Below are positions 14,998-26,900 of a stretch of DNA of 64,000 nucleotides, piece by piece (position 1 is the first letter of the stretch; each line of letters starts with the position of its first letter). Source of the stretch: Octopus sinensis (Eukaryota); assembly GCF_006345805.1 (NCBI RefSeq), contig NC_043010.1:51956001-52020000 (forward strand), read 5' to 3'. The notes beneath the pieces were generated by a model that was not told where the DNA came from, ran no database searches, and saw only the letters and a list, made by a program, of their open reading frames with translations. The position numbers and the translations under genes were made by a program.

Positions 14998-15252
14998 TAG
15001 AAATAAACCACCTTTTATCAATTCAATAATGAAAAATTAAATTATACCATTTAGAAAAATGACATCTTATATTTAATCTTTCTATAAGATGTAATTTTTC
15101 TAAATGGTATAATTTAATCTTTCATTATTGAATTGATAAAAGGTGGTTTATTTCTAATTTATATATATATATATATTATATTTTGTGAAATTTGATTTAG
15201 TATATATCTAAATTGAATTTTTCCTTGCAAGTTTGGAATAATATTTCCTCAT

Positions 15253-15284
<32 letters not shown>

Positions 15285-15472
15285 TATTTAACAATTAAGG
15301 ATAACTTCTTAATAAGAAATCTTAACAAGAAATTATCAGGTAGTTAGCGTGATATAGAACTAAATTCATTTTTTAAATGTCCTGCATTAGGTACGATTAG
15401 TGAAATTTTGGTAGTAATGACTTATGTCCCTCTTAGTGTGAGGCATTTATGTGTAATAATGCCCTCTATACA

Positions 15473-15542
<70 letters not shown>

Positions 15543-18500
15543 AACACACACACATACAAAGACAATAAAAATTAAAATGTAAAAAACAATTCTAATGTCT
15601 AGCTACTCACCTGGAGGACAGTCTGTGAAGCGAACTCCAAGAAGGACAATTTCCACTGTTGTAGCCAAAACCAGAATATATCTAATACTTGACTGAAATA
15701 CATCTGTAATGAGAGAGCGTGAAGCATTGAGTTCAAAAGTAACAACGAATAAATGAAAAATTCAATACCAATCTTATAACAGTTGAGAATTTGGTGGGGC
15801 TGTGTTAATTGTGAAAATATTTTGTACATGCCAGGAGATCCTAAAGCCAAGGTGTCACGTAAAAAGCACCCAGTACACTCTACAAAGGTGGCAAGCTGGC
15901 AGAAACGTTAGCACGCATGGCGAAATGCTTAGCGGTATTTCGCCTGCCGCTACGTTCTGAGTTCAAATTCCGCCGAGGTCGACTTTGCCTTTCATCCTTT
16001 CGGGGTCGATTAAATAAGTACCAGTTACGCACTGGGGTCGATATAACCGACTTAATCCGTGTCTGTCCTTGTTTGTCCCCTCTGTGTCTAGCCCCTTGTG
16101 GGTAGTAAAGAAATAGGTGTTAGGAAGGACATCCAGCCATAGAAGCCAAGCCAAAACAGACTATGGAACCTGACATGGCCCCTAGCATTGACAGTTCCTG
16201 TCAAGCCATCCAACCCATGCCAGCATGGAAAACAGATGTTGAATGATGATGAAAATGATGATGTGGCTGTTTGGTTACATTTGCTTCTCAACAATTCAGT
16301 TTCAGGTTCTAACCCACTGCATAGCACCTTGGGCATTTGCCTTCTACAATAGCCCCAAGCCAACCAACAGAAACTGAAAGAAGCCAATCATTTATTAATA
16401 TGCACTTGCTCCTGTTCTTCCATTATGCTTTCATATCCTTCAATACTACACTCCACTCAGCTGAGGAATCTTGTCTTGCAAAGTACTTGGTCATCTCACC
16501 AATGCCGGTGCCATGAATAAAGCACCCAGTCCACTCTGTGAAGTGGTTGCACTAAGAAAACATCCAGCGGTAGAAACCCAAGCAAAACGAGACATTGGAG
16601 CTCAGTGCACCCTGACTGCTTGTCAGTTAATGTCAAAATGTCCAAACTATGCCATCATGGAAAAAAGAGCACTAAATAATAATAGTGATGATACATACAT
16701 ATATACATATCATCATCATCATTTAACGTCCGCTTTCCATGCTAGTATGAGTTAGACGGTTTGACTGAGGGCTGTCAAGCCAGAAGGCTGCACCAGTCTC
16801 CAATTTGATCTGGCAAAATTTCTACAGCTGGATGCTCTTCCTAAGACCAACCACTCCAAGAGTGTAGTGGGTGCTTTTACATGCCACCGACACAAGGGCC
16901 AGTCAGGCAGTACTGGCATCAGCCATGCTCAAATGGTGCTTTTTACATGCCTCCTGCACAGGAGCCAGTCCGGCGGCATTGGCAATGACCACACTCAAAT
17001 GGTGCTTTTATATGTGCCACCGGCACAGGAGCCAGTCAGCAGCCCTGGCAACGATCACGCTCAAATGGTGCTTTTAACATTCCATCGGCACAGGTGCCAA
17101 TCAGGTGGTACTGTCATTGGCCACGACAGCGATTTCACTTGCCTCAACAAGGCTTTGCAAGCATAGTTTATTGTCCAATGATTGAAGTGTCCTCTTAAAT
17201 GGGCTGGTTATACAGCACTGACATTGCCCAGGATAACTTTGGCACATAAAAAGCACCCACTACACTCTCGAAGTGGTTGGCGTTAGGAAGGGCATCCAGC
17301 TGTAGAAACTCTGCCAAATCAAGATTGGAGCCTGGTGCAGCCATCTGGTTCGCTAGCCCTCAGTCAAAATCGTCCAACCCATGCTAGCATGGAAAGCGGA
17401 CGTTAAACGATGATGATGATAACAAGGAAAGTGAATATATCACTTTCCATGTTTTAAATGAAGCTGACAGAATGAAGAGCTTCAAAACGTCGTTGACCAT
17501 CCAACGTACTAGCCGCAACTGAACAAACTTTTTTCTGAAGATACATTCTAGCCTTGTGTGGAGTTGTTGCTCGAATTCGTGCAACGCCGTCCCTACCTGG
17601 TTAGCGTCTGCAACTAACTCGCACCCCAGTGAAAAAATAGATTTCTCATGTCTCACTACAAATTTTTGCCAAACCCAAGCAAGCATCGAAAAGGGGACAT
17701 TAATGATGAGGAGGAGGATATAATCAGTGTATCTCATTAGATTTATCACCAGAAAAATGTGTAAGAAACAGTATGTGAAAAAAGTGAAGTGGAAAAACAA
17801 CATCATCAACTTACCTGGTTTTGGGGGCACCAAAGCGGCACACAGGATTGTTTCATCAACTCCATCATAATAAGCAACGTCTTGCCTGCAGGAATTTGAG
17901 ATTGCATTAGCAGTCATCAATAACAAATAATAAGTATGAGGATGGTGAGAGGGTGGGGTGGAGTGGGTTCATTCTTACATTGGTCACAAAACATAAGGGA
18001 TTTTGTAGGTAAGGTATTATAGTTGAAGGAATTGACTACCATTACCACCATCATTTACCCTCATTATCATCTCAGTATATACAGGATTACAGCAGGAAGG
18101 AAGGTGGTTTAGCCCTCAACACAGATCATAAAGCAATGCATTTAGATGTGAAAAACTTCGAGCCAGGCACCCAACCATTTTTGATATGCCACTGCAACTC
18201 CTCAATAATTATTTCAAATTCTAGCACAATGTCACATCAACCCTAGTGCTCAACTGGTATTTTATTCATTCCAAAAGGATGAAAGGCCAAGTTGACTTTG
18301 GTGGAATATGAATTCAAAAAGTAAAGTGCCAGTAGAAATACCACTAAGCAATATATCCAACATATTAAATAATTCTACAAGCTCAGGAGGTGCAGGAGTG
18401 GCTGTGTGGTAAGTAGCTTGCTTACCAACCACATGGTTCCGGGTTCAGTCCCACTGCGTGGCACCTTGGGCAAGTGTCTTCTACTATAGCTTCGGGCCAA

Positions 18501-21500
18501 CCAAAGCCTTGTGAGTGGATTTGGTTGACGGAAACTGAAAAGAAGCCCGTCGTATATATGTATATGTGTATAAATATATATGTGTGTGTGTGTGTGTGTC
18601 TGTGTTTGTCCCCCAACATCGCTTGACAACCAATGCTGGTGTGTTTAAAACCCCGTAACTTAGCGGTTCGGCAAAAGATACCAATAGAATAAGTACTAGG
18701 CTTATCAAAGAATAAGTCCCGGAGTCAATTTGCTCGACTAAAGGTGGTGCTCCAGCATGGCTGCAGTCAAATGACTGAAACAAGTAAAAGAGTAAAAAGA
18801 GCTCGCCACCTTTTTAATAATGGATAGCATGGAGTAAAAACACCTTGTTGTTGCTGAAACCAGTAACATCAATGTTACTGTTTAGCTTTAAAGACAACCT
18901 TCATTGAAGAGAGCTATGATGAAAGGCATTCTAGAGATGACTAACCTGTCTTTTATTCAAATATAGTGAATTAAGGACATTATCCCAATATGACATTCAG
19001 GTTTTCTGGGATGAGGGGCCGGATTATGGTGGTTCACTGTGATTTGAATGAGATTTGGTGACTAATTTTAGCAAGCTGAATGACTGAACAGAGGTTCTTT
19101 CTTATTGACTTGAATCGCAGTAATGTAAAACTGACAAGCATTAAGAGCACTCCGTCGGTTGCGATGGCAAGAGTCCCAGCTGTTACACTTAATATTAAGC
19201 GACTAGAATCCTTCGATCACCTCTGTCTACGCCACATCCTTCGTGTCCGATGGCATCACTTTGTCTCCAACAATTTGGTGCGACACCAGTACAAAATCAC
19301 CTCCCACCGACAAGTCATCCTAACAAGACATCTGCGTTGGCTGGGTCACGCCCTCCGTCGTCAACCAGGAGGATTCATCTATGAAGCAATTGCCCCAGCT
19401 CCCCTTCAGGGTTGGCGAAAGCAATGTGGTGGACAACGAAAAACCTGGCTGATCTGGAACCCAACCTAGGCTCTCATGTCTACGGCGTTCGCCGCTGGAA
19501 TAAGGAGTGGTTGGAGATCACAAGGTCGTTAGCCTCAAATCGCCAGGCCTGATCTTTATGAAAAATGCAGCATTGAGGATGAATAAAGCCAGCTCAACCC
19601 ACCCCGGGTGAATACTGTCTCAAGTCAAGTCAAAAGTCCCAGCTGATACGATCAACGGAACAGCTTGCTCGTGAAATTAACGTACAAGTAGTTGAGCACT
19701 CCACAAACACATGTACCCTTAACGTAGTACTCAGGGAGATTCAGCAGGATACTGTGTGACAAGGCTGGCCCTTTGAAATACAGGTACTACTCATTTTTGC
19801 CAGCTGAGTGGACTGAAGCAACATGAAATAAAGTGTCTTGCTGAAGGACACAACGCGCCACCGGGAATTGAACTCACGACCGTACAATCATGAGCCGAAT
19901 GCCCCTAACCGCTAAGCCACACGCCTTCACTGACAAACATTAAGGTATGTAATGGCCATAAAAATAGTTGTACGCAACAGGGGAGGTCACTCACGAATTA
20001 ATACCTTTGAACAAAACCATATCAAGCAAGACTTAAATAACGAAAGATAATCAACTGATATAATGTGTGTTATGCCTATTTAACCCTTCAGCAGTCAGAT
20101 TACTCGTCAAATGTAAATGCGTATTTATCATTTATCACCCATGCATACCAGTCTCCCATCTCCACACCACTGATGTTATCCAAGAAAAAGGCAAAGGCTG
20201 ATACTGCCTGGCACCAGTGATGTCGCGACTAATTTTTACAGCTGAGTGAACTGGAGTAACATGAAATAAAGTGTCTTGCTCAATAACACAACACACAGCC
20301 TGGTCAGCGAATCAAATTATTAACCTTATGATTGCGAGCCAAACGTCCTACCCACTGAGTTATGCAATTCATTGTTTTGAATTGATCATGAATTATCTTG
20401 TAACTCTGAGATATCGATGTGGTTGTGTATTTTTAGAATGACATTGAAGGGTAGGTGTAAGAGGCCAGATCTGGCCAGCTTAAACATAAAACAGGTAGAA
20501 TATTTTGGCTGGATATGGTCAGTTTAACGCTTTAGCATTCAAATCGGCCATATCCAGCCAAAATATTTAACCTGTTTTATATTGAAACTGACCAGATCCC
20601 ACCTCTCACCTCAGCCCTACAATGTCATTCTAAAACTAAAAAATCACATCACTGAAATATCTAAACTACAAGATAATGCATGATTAATTCAAACCATTTT
20701 AAATAAACAAACATCACATTTGATAGAATAATCTGAACACTAAAGGGTTAAATGCTTAAGGGTTAAAACCTGTTACTTACCCATCTTCATATCTCCAGAT
20801 ATATATATCACTATCAATTGCAAGCCATGCCCTCTCAATTTCAGGAAACAACCCCATGGAACACTGACACTGCATGTCTGATAGGTACTTAAGGATTAAC
20901 AAAGTAAACGAGGGAGTTGTTTTTACAGCTAAGAAAGTCGAAATTTTAAGAGAAGATGAAATGATTCAGCTGGTCACAGTCTATGACTGGAGATGTAATA
21001 TATCAACACCACACCAGTAATATAAGCAGCTAAACATTAAACCCAGAAGCTATTTGAGCTTAAGGACAACAATGATGATTGATGTTGTTTAGCCCCAGGT
21101 AGATATGCAGGTATTTTGATTAGGTGTGCAGGTATTTTGAAAATACCTAACGGAATGACTACCGTCTCCTGCATAATTACCTATTTCTTTACTACCCACA
21201 AGGGGCTAAAGCAGACACTAGAGCATGTTGCAGTCCTTGGACTTATTGGAGCCTGTCAAACTCATTTATTTATTACCCAAAGGAGCTAAACATAGAGGGG
21301 ACAAACAAGGACAGACAGACGGATTAAGTCGATTATATCGACATCAGTGCATAACTGGAACTTAATTTATCGACCCCAAAAGGATGAAAGGCAAAGTCGA
21401 CCTCAGCGGAATTTGAACTCAGAACGTAACGATAGACGAAGTACCGCTAAGCATTTCGCCCGGCATGCTAACGATTCTGCCAGGTCGCCACCTTTAAATT

Positions 21501-22745
21501 ACCAGCTACCTGCATAATTACCAGTTACCCATTGGCAAGCCCAATCTATATAGTAAAGTCATGAGACTGCAGTATGGCGGATTGTGAAGAAGCAGTGGAG
21601 GAGCTCAACTGAGCCAATGGTGTTTCTTACATTGAAGCTGAGTGGAAGAATCCTAGAAGATCAACAGTCAGGATCTCCAAACTCTATCAAGGGAGTAACT
21701 GCAATGTATCCATGGATGTGTAATCAGCTAATGAAAGATTCATTATGACTCAAGTTCCCAATTCAAATCCATAATAATAGAATTGGATGGTGACAGAGTC
21801 ACATGAATCCACAAAAGAAGTGGCAAAAAAATGAGGTCAACATTAAATAGACAAATTAAGACAATCCAACTATGAACACCTGTATGTTCCTGCAGGCAGT
21901 ATACCCAGAGTAACATTATTCAATGTGTCCATCATTTTCTAAGGTGGTAGAATGTGATATAAGTTTGGCTGCTATTTCTAGCAGACCAGTGACCAGGTAG
22001 CGGCTTCTATGTTTTGGCTGCTATTTCTAGCAGACCAGTGACCAGGTAGAGGCGTCTATGTTGAGTCATGACTTGAGAGGTAGTTATGGACAGGTGAGAG
22101 ATAAGTGTATTAGTCACGGACAGAGGACAGAAGTTGGGAATTCTCAACAACAAAAAAGGATACGGCCAAAATGTTCAACCAGTTCCGGAGGGAGTGGCAC
22201 CTTCTTCATGTCTCCAATATCAGCAAAAATTTCGATATCCACCCTTCCATTTAAAAACGTGGGGTAGTCATAGTCATGAAGTCCACTTACTGATGGTGAA
22301 TCTGAAAGAAAAAAAATACATATATATATATATATATAGGCACAGGAGTGGATGTGTGGTAAGTAGCTTGCTAACCAACCAAATGGTTCCGGGTTCAGTC
22401 CCACAGCGTGGCATCTTGGGCAAGTTTCTGCTATAGCCTCGGGCCAACCAATGCCTTGTGAGTGGATTTGGTAGACGGAAACTGAAAGAAGCCTGTCGTA
22501 TATATGTATATGTATATATATATAAGTGTGTGTGTATGTGTTTGTCCTCCTAGCATTGCTTGACAACCGATGCTGGTGTGTTTACGTCCCCATCACTTAG
22601 CGGTTCGGCAAAAGAGACCGATAGAATAAGTACTAGGCTTACAAAGAATAAGTCCCGGGGTCGATTTGCTCGACTAAAGGTGGTGCTCCAGCATGGCCGC
22701 AGTCAAATGACTGAAACAAGTAAAAGAGAAAAGAGAAAAAGAGAG

Positions 22746-22780
<35 letters not shown>

Positions 22781-23172
22781 GAGAGGGAGGTGGTTTAATG
22801 CCAAGCATTGAGAGACTAAAGTATGATAGAAGTATGAACATAAGTGTTTTGCTACAGAGGAGGTACCTGGCTACTGCACACTGTATATAAGTGGTGCAAA
22901 TAACTGAGGGAAGATAAAGATTGAAGTGATGTGGTGCCAGAACACAAAAAAATATAAAACACAACAAAGAATCAGTAGGTACACTTACTATCAGCAGGAA
23001 CATGCAAGAGGTATGACAAGTCTTGGAACTTGTCATCCTCCTGAATGTGAGTATCAATCTGCATTACAGAACATTCTAGAGAGTCCTTTTGGCTTACCAC
23101 GACCAGAGGAGATACCATGTTCATGCCAACACTGCCACTGCTCAACGACACAGGGCTCATTAAATGAGACAT
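749..23172 (-). CDS. NUP155: Nuclear pore complex protein Nup155, 17 coding exons in window (about 641 aa N-terminal part; 3' end outside window)
   Basis: Spliced translation matches Nup155 motifs recalled from human: [92 protein letters not shown]. All junctions GT-AG and intron phases consistent. Confidence 0.97.
2575..2695 (-). CDS. NUP155: NUP155 coding exon 16 ([40 protein letters not shown])
   Basis: 121 nt; gttacag / GTAAAT. Confidence 0.92.
3315..3377 (-). CDS. NUP155: NUP155 coding exon 15 ([21 protein letters not shown])
   Basis: 63 nt; ttcacag / GTAAGT. Confidence 0.95.
4357..4467 (-). CDS. NUP155: NUP155 coding exon 14 ([37 protein letters not shown])
   Basis: 111 nt; ctcttag / GTAAAC. 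Confidence 0.95.
4683..4912 (-). mobile_element. tRNA-derived SINE family B (also about 15885-16115 +, 21180-21495 -, 27078-27376, 37745-37980 -, 54140-54362 +, 56095-56480 -)
   Basis: Head GGCGAGCTGGCAGAAACGTTAG...GAGTTCAAATTCC; tail ...CCCCTTGTGGG(C/T)A(A/G)TAAAGAAATA. Confidence 0.9.
5213..5368 (-). CDS. NUP155: NUP155 coding exon 13 ([12 protein letters not shown]...[22 protein letters not shown])
   Basis: 156 nt; ttcatag / GTCTGT. Confidence 0.93.
6183..6283 (-). CDS. NUP155: NUP155 coding exon 12 ([33 protein letters not shown])
   Basis: 101 nt; tatttag / GTATGT. Confidence 0.94.
6677..6897 (+). mobile_element. Mariner-derived MITE
   Basis: TA-flanked imperfect TIRs; internal remnant [18 protein letters not shown] resembles a mariner transposase C-terminus. 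Confidence 0.65.
7405..7668. repeat. Inverted repeat, about 110-bp arms
   Basis: cacactcaccggtaaaatttccacttattt ... aaataagtggaaattttaccggtgagtgtg. Confidence 0.9.
7723..7887 (-). CDS. NUP155: NUP155 coding exon 11 (VRLYFAAKP...[16 protein letters not shown]...HYKK)
   Basis: 165 nt; ttgccag / GTTTGT. Confidence 0.93.
9150..9662 (+). mobile_element. Mariner element, internally deleted
   Basis: TIRs TGGGTTGTCTGGAAAGTT at both ends, right end followed by TA; N-terminal [12 protein letters not shown] fused to C-terminal [33 protein letters not shown] (YSPDL-type motif carrying the third catalytic D). Confidence 0.9.
10594..10691 (-). CDS. NUP155: NUP155 coding exon 10 ([32 protein letters not shown])
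   Basis: 98 nt; tttccag / GTCAGT. Confidence 0.94.
11584..11811. mobile_element. piggyBac-type MITE
   Basis: TTAA-CCCTTT ... AAAGGG-TTAA termini. Confidence 0.8.
12041..12132 (-). CDS. NUP155: NUP155 coding exon 9 ([30 protein letters not shown])
   Basis: 92 nt; attccag / GTAAGA. Confidence 0.95.
12346..12419 (-). CDS. NUP155: NUP155 coding exon 8 ([24 protein letters not shown])
   Basis: 74 nt; ttcctag / GTGAGG. Confidence 0.96.
13108..13528 (+). mobile_element. tRNA-derived SINE family A (copies also about 18389-18800, 22339-22742, 25135-25565; minus-strand copies about 27400-28035, 38065-38412, 54890-55810)
   Basis: tRNA-like head GGAGTGGCTGTGTGGTAAG...GGTTCA(A/G)TCCC; central TA/TG microsatellite; conserved tail ...GACTGAAACAAGTAAAAGA; many near-identical copies in window. 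Confidence 0.9.
13682..13787 (-). CDS. NUP155: NUP155 coding exon 7 ([35 protein letters not shown])
   Basis: 106 nt; cttcag / GTGAGC. Confidence 0.95.
14349..14509 (-). CDS. NUP155: NUP155 coding exon 6 ([24 protein letters not shown]...[19 protein letters not shown])
   Basis: 161 nt; ttttctag / GTAAAC. Confidence 0.95.
14961..15176. repeat. AT-rich palindrome between (TA)n runs
   Basis: aaattagaaataaaccaccttttatcaattcaataatg ... cattattgaattgataaaaggtggtttatttctaattt. Confidence 0.9.
15611..15703 (-). CDS. NUP155: NUP155 coding exon 5 ([30 protein letters not shown])
   Basis: 93 nt; ttacag / GTGAGT. Confidence 0.95.
17815..17885 (-). CDS. NUP155: NUP155 coding exon 4 ([23 protein letters not shown])
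   Basis: 71 nt; ctgcag / GTAAGT. Confidence 0.95.
19187..19634 (+). mobile_element. 5'-truncated RTE-clade LINE inserted into a SINE
   Basis: LRHILRVRW...[10 protein letters not shown]...GGQRKTW; (CAAGT)n 3' tail; flanking duplication agtcccagctg(t/a)tac at 19172-19186 and 19635-19649. Confidence 0.85.
20781..20877 (-). CDS. NUP155: NUP155 coding exon 3 ([33 protein letters not shown])
   Basis: 97 nt; donor GTAAGT; highly conserved peptide. Confidence 0.96.
20878..22163 (-). other. NUP155: U12-type (minor spliceosome) GT-AG intron of NUP155
   Basis: 5' splice site GTATCCTTT; branch-like TCCTTAAG at 20888-20895, about 11 nt before the AG; no real polypyrimidine tract. Confidence 0.88.
22164..22301 (-). 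CDS. NUP155: NUP155 coding exon 2 ([13 protein letters not shown]...[14 protein letters not shown])
   Basis: 138 nt; acceptor ctttcag; donor GTATCCTTT. Confidence 0.96.
22989..23172 (-). CDS. NUP155: NUP155 coding exon 1 (MSHLMSP...[32 protein letters not shown]); exon begins at acceptor 23207 with 35 nt of 5'UTR
   Basis: In-frame TAG two codons before the ATG; acceptor tttctttccag; donor GTAAGT, phase 1; resembles human EALENAGRLIDRQLQED..DLSELL. Confidence 0.88.
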
Positions 23173-23234
23173 TGGCTACTTCTGGAAACGATCAGTCTGT
23201 TTGTCACCTGGAAAGAAAAAGATACAAAAAAGAA

Positions 23235-23665
23235 TTACATCATCATCATCGTTTAACGTTCGCTTTCCATGCTAGCATGGGTTGGACGGTTCAACTGGGG
23301 TCTGGGGAGCCCGAAGGCTGCACCAGGCCAGTCAGATCTGGCAGTGTTTCTACAGCTGGATGCCCTTCCTAACGCCAACCACTCCGGGAGTGTAGTGGGT
23401 GATTTTATGTGCCACCGACACAGGTGCCAGACGAGGCTGGCGAACGGCCACGCTCGGATGGTGTTTTTTATGTGCCACCGACACAGGTGCCAGACGAGGC
23501 TGGCAGATGGCCACGCTCGGATGGTGTTTTTTATGTGCCACCAACACAGGTGCCAGACGAGGCTGGTAGACGGCCACGCTCGGATGGTGTTTTTTATGTG
23601 CCACCGACACAGGTGCCAGATGAGGCTGGCGAACGGCCACGATCGGATGGTGTTTGTTACGTGCC
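23235..23665 (-). repeat. RTE-tail-type repeat module with internal 63-bp tandem array (about 4 copies); related modules at 165-495, 8015-8320, 14015-14300, 16715-17420, 53700-54130
   Basis: (CAT)n tail, tttaacgtccgctttccatgctagcatgggttggacgg core, and GTGCCACC..CACAGG units with period 63. Confidence 0.85.
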
Positions 23666-25285
23666 CACAGCAAGATAAAAAAAAATTATTGCATTGTTGT
23701 GTAGCTAAGAAACTTGCTTTGCAAACACATTTTTTTGTGGGGTTCAATCCCACTATGCTCACCTGCGACGGACCGGCATTCCATCCAGGTGGGGAACCTA
23801 TACGCCAAGAAACCGGGAAACCGGCCCTTATGAGCCAGGCATGGCTCGAGAAGGAACAAACAATTCTAACCATTTGGGGCCTTTCTCAAAAACTGTGGTG
23901 TCTACAAGGATTTCCAAGATGACAACGAGTGAGTGGGATGTTTCTCTTTCCGTGAAGTAAACTTTCTGTGCATGGCATAATGATTAGGGTGTTGGGTACA
24001 TGACTAAGATTATCGTTTCAATTCCTGGACTAGGTAATGTATTGTGTTGCTGAGACACTCCACTTCATGTTGCTCCAGTCCACTTAACTATTAAAAATGA
24101 GTAATCCTATGACAGACTGACATCCTGTTCAGGGAGGAATAAATATGCCAGAAAAATGGGGAAACCAGCCCTGTGCTTCTTACAAGAGTAACATAGGCCA
24201 AACTTTCTGCAATAAAGTTATGCTCCGATGTCAACTGTTGGACAAATATGGACATTTTGCTGGTTGCTGGTTGGGTGAGTGATCCATAATGTTAGAAGAG
24301 GGATATGAGAGACAATAGTTTAGTGGGGTCAGTCGAGCAAATCGCCCCCAAGACTTATTCTTTGTAAGCCTAGTACTTATTCCATCGGTTTCTTTTGCTG
24401 AACCGCTAAGTTACGGGGACGTAAACACACCCGCATCGGTTGTCAAACGATGTTGAGGGGGGACATAAACATATACACGCACATACATATATACTTATAC
24501 ATATATATACGACGGGCTTCTTTCAGTTTCCGTCTACCAAATCCACTCACAAGGCTTTGGTCGGTCCGAGGCCATAGTAGACGACACTTGCCCAAGGTGC
24601 CACGCAGTGGGACTGAACCTGGAACCATGTGGTTTAGTGGAGAGGGAGGGAAGAAAAATACAGCTTTCCCTATGAATGATCTTATAAGGGCAAAACGGTA
24701 GATAAGCAAAGGCAAAGAAGTTTGCTTTGCAACTTCATGATTCTGGGTTCAATCTCACCATGTGGAACCTTGCAAAAGTCTTCTAGCCTTTGGCCAACCA
24801 ATGCCTTGTGAGTGGATTTGGTAGACAAAAACTGCATAGAAGCCCATATGTATGTGTGTACCAGATTTTTAAATTAGTACTGGATCAATTTGTTTAAATT
24901 TTTCGAGGTGGTGCCCCAGCATGGTCACAGTCCTTTGATTAAAACAAGTAAAAGGTATAAGACAATAATACAAAAGTTATTGACTTCAGACCAGTTCTAC
25001 CAATTTGAGTGAAGAATTATAAAGGAACGGTTGTGGTTTAGTCCAGGGGGGTCAAACCGGATTGAACAAACCTAAGGTCTGAGATATTCCAACGATAACC
25101 ATCTGGGGCGGGGTTGTCTTCTTTTTTAAGGCTGGCTATGTGGTAAGTAGCTTGCTTACGAATCACATGGTTCTGGGTTCAGTCCCACTGCGTGGCACCT
25201 TGGGTAAGTGTCTTCTACTATAGCCTCGGGCCGACCAAAGCCTTGTGAGTGGATTTGGTGAACGAAAACTGACAGAAGACCGTCG

Positions 25286-25340
<55 letters not shown>

Positions 25341-26609
25341 CGTATGTGTGTGTGTATGTTTGTGTGTGTTTGTCCTCCCAACATCGCTTGACAACCGATG
25401 CTCGTGTGTTTACGTCCCCGTAACGTAGCGGTTCGGCAAAAGTGACCGATAGAATTAAGTACTAGGCTTACAAAGAATAAGTCCTGGGGTCGATTTGCTC
25501 GACTAAAGGCGGTGCTCCAGCATGGCCACAGTCAAATGACTGAAACAAGTAAAAGAGTAAAAGTAAACAGATATAAACGTCTCCTTTCCTTAAAGGAAGG
25601 GAGATTTGTCTGCTGTTTCCGACAAGACGATTAACCGGTCGAAGCCCCCTCAATACTGGAATGGTAATGGGCTTATGAGAAACAACACATGTAAGGGATA
25701 TTCCATTGTTAAGGTCACAGCCGCGTATTCAATTTTGACGATGCTGGTCTGTTGATTTTTCTTTTGCCGGGTGTCAATGGTGAGTGACGTGGTACGGTGG
25801 AAATGGGCGGAAGGGGCTTTAAGGATTAGCTACAATTGCTCTCCAGTGAAACCATTCATATATAACTTGAACTGGAAAACTAGACGATGAAGCAGCTACG
25901 TGATCGACTAATATGCTCAAAATAGCAGGCAACGTTTCCTCAGGTGGACACACTGGACAATGCAGTCCTAGATTGGATATACTGCTTTAAAAAAAAAAAG
26001 TCAATGATCTCAGCTGGAATGTTATAAACCATAGGCTAACGGATCTAAACAACGAGGAAACAAGTGTCCTCGGCTAAATTTTATGAAAGAAAAATACCAG
26101 TCTGAGAGGGTGGAAAGAGAATTGCTTTTCCAGTTTCGGCGCTGATTAAAGAGGAGTAGAAGATAATTGTATTTGCCGAGTAGCGCAGGACTAATTACCT
26201 ATTATCGTAGTATATACCCTCACATTAGATAACTAATATATATGACCATTTCATGGTCGTTTCTTTCATGCCGAATTCTACTTGGTAAAATTGATTACTT
26301 CTTAATTAATTAATTTTACCCTTTGTTATTATTGATATATATATACACACACACACACCAACATACCACTTTTTTGTAATTCATTTTTTGTTTCCATGTC
26401 CCATACAGAAAAGTTACTTTAAAATATATAAAACATTAGACGTGGGATGTTGTAGCGATGATGCCTTTCTAAAACGTTAGGTACATCATAACAAACTATT
26501 TTATAAAAAAATAAAAAATTATATTGCATCTTAAGAATCACGAGTCTATGTAAAACGTTATTATTGTTATAATTATTACAATTGCTATTGTTATAAGTGT
26601 CTGCTTTTG

Positions 26610-26900
26610 GAGTCTCACACGTTTCCAAACAGAAATGTGGTCGGTGGTATCATGCTGGTCACACGAGAGAGAGAAAAAAATGCAGTATTTGTCCACACAA
26701 ACACGCTTCGAAACACATATTAGTTATGAAGGAAAAAAATATTTACAGCTATAAATAATTGATGATAGAATTATTATTCAAAAAATCACAAAGAAAGCGA
26801 ATTTATGTCACCTCCGTTTCAAAAATTCCTTGAACTTCTTGTAGTAGTAACGTGCTCAAACATCCAAGAAAACCGCCATTTCGTACCGGTGACAGTTACA
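26610..26900 (-). promoter_or_regulatory. NUP155: Candidate NUP155 promoter / non-coding first exon
   Basis: Unique CpG-retaining sequence; YY1-like CCGCCATTT at 26873-26881; possible minus-strand donors near 26617 and 26811. Confidence 0.35.

Noticed and set aside
17384-17926. 180-aa ORF as a standalone gene
   Set aside because: Only 71 nt are NUP155 exon 4; the rest is intron read-through and repeat tail
23253-23922. Overlapping 206-aa and 217-aa ORFs as genes
   Set aside because: They arise from a 63-bp tandem array inside a dispersed repeat; similar peptides recur wherever the repeat occurs
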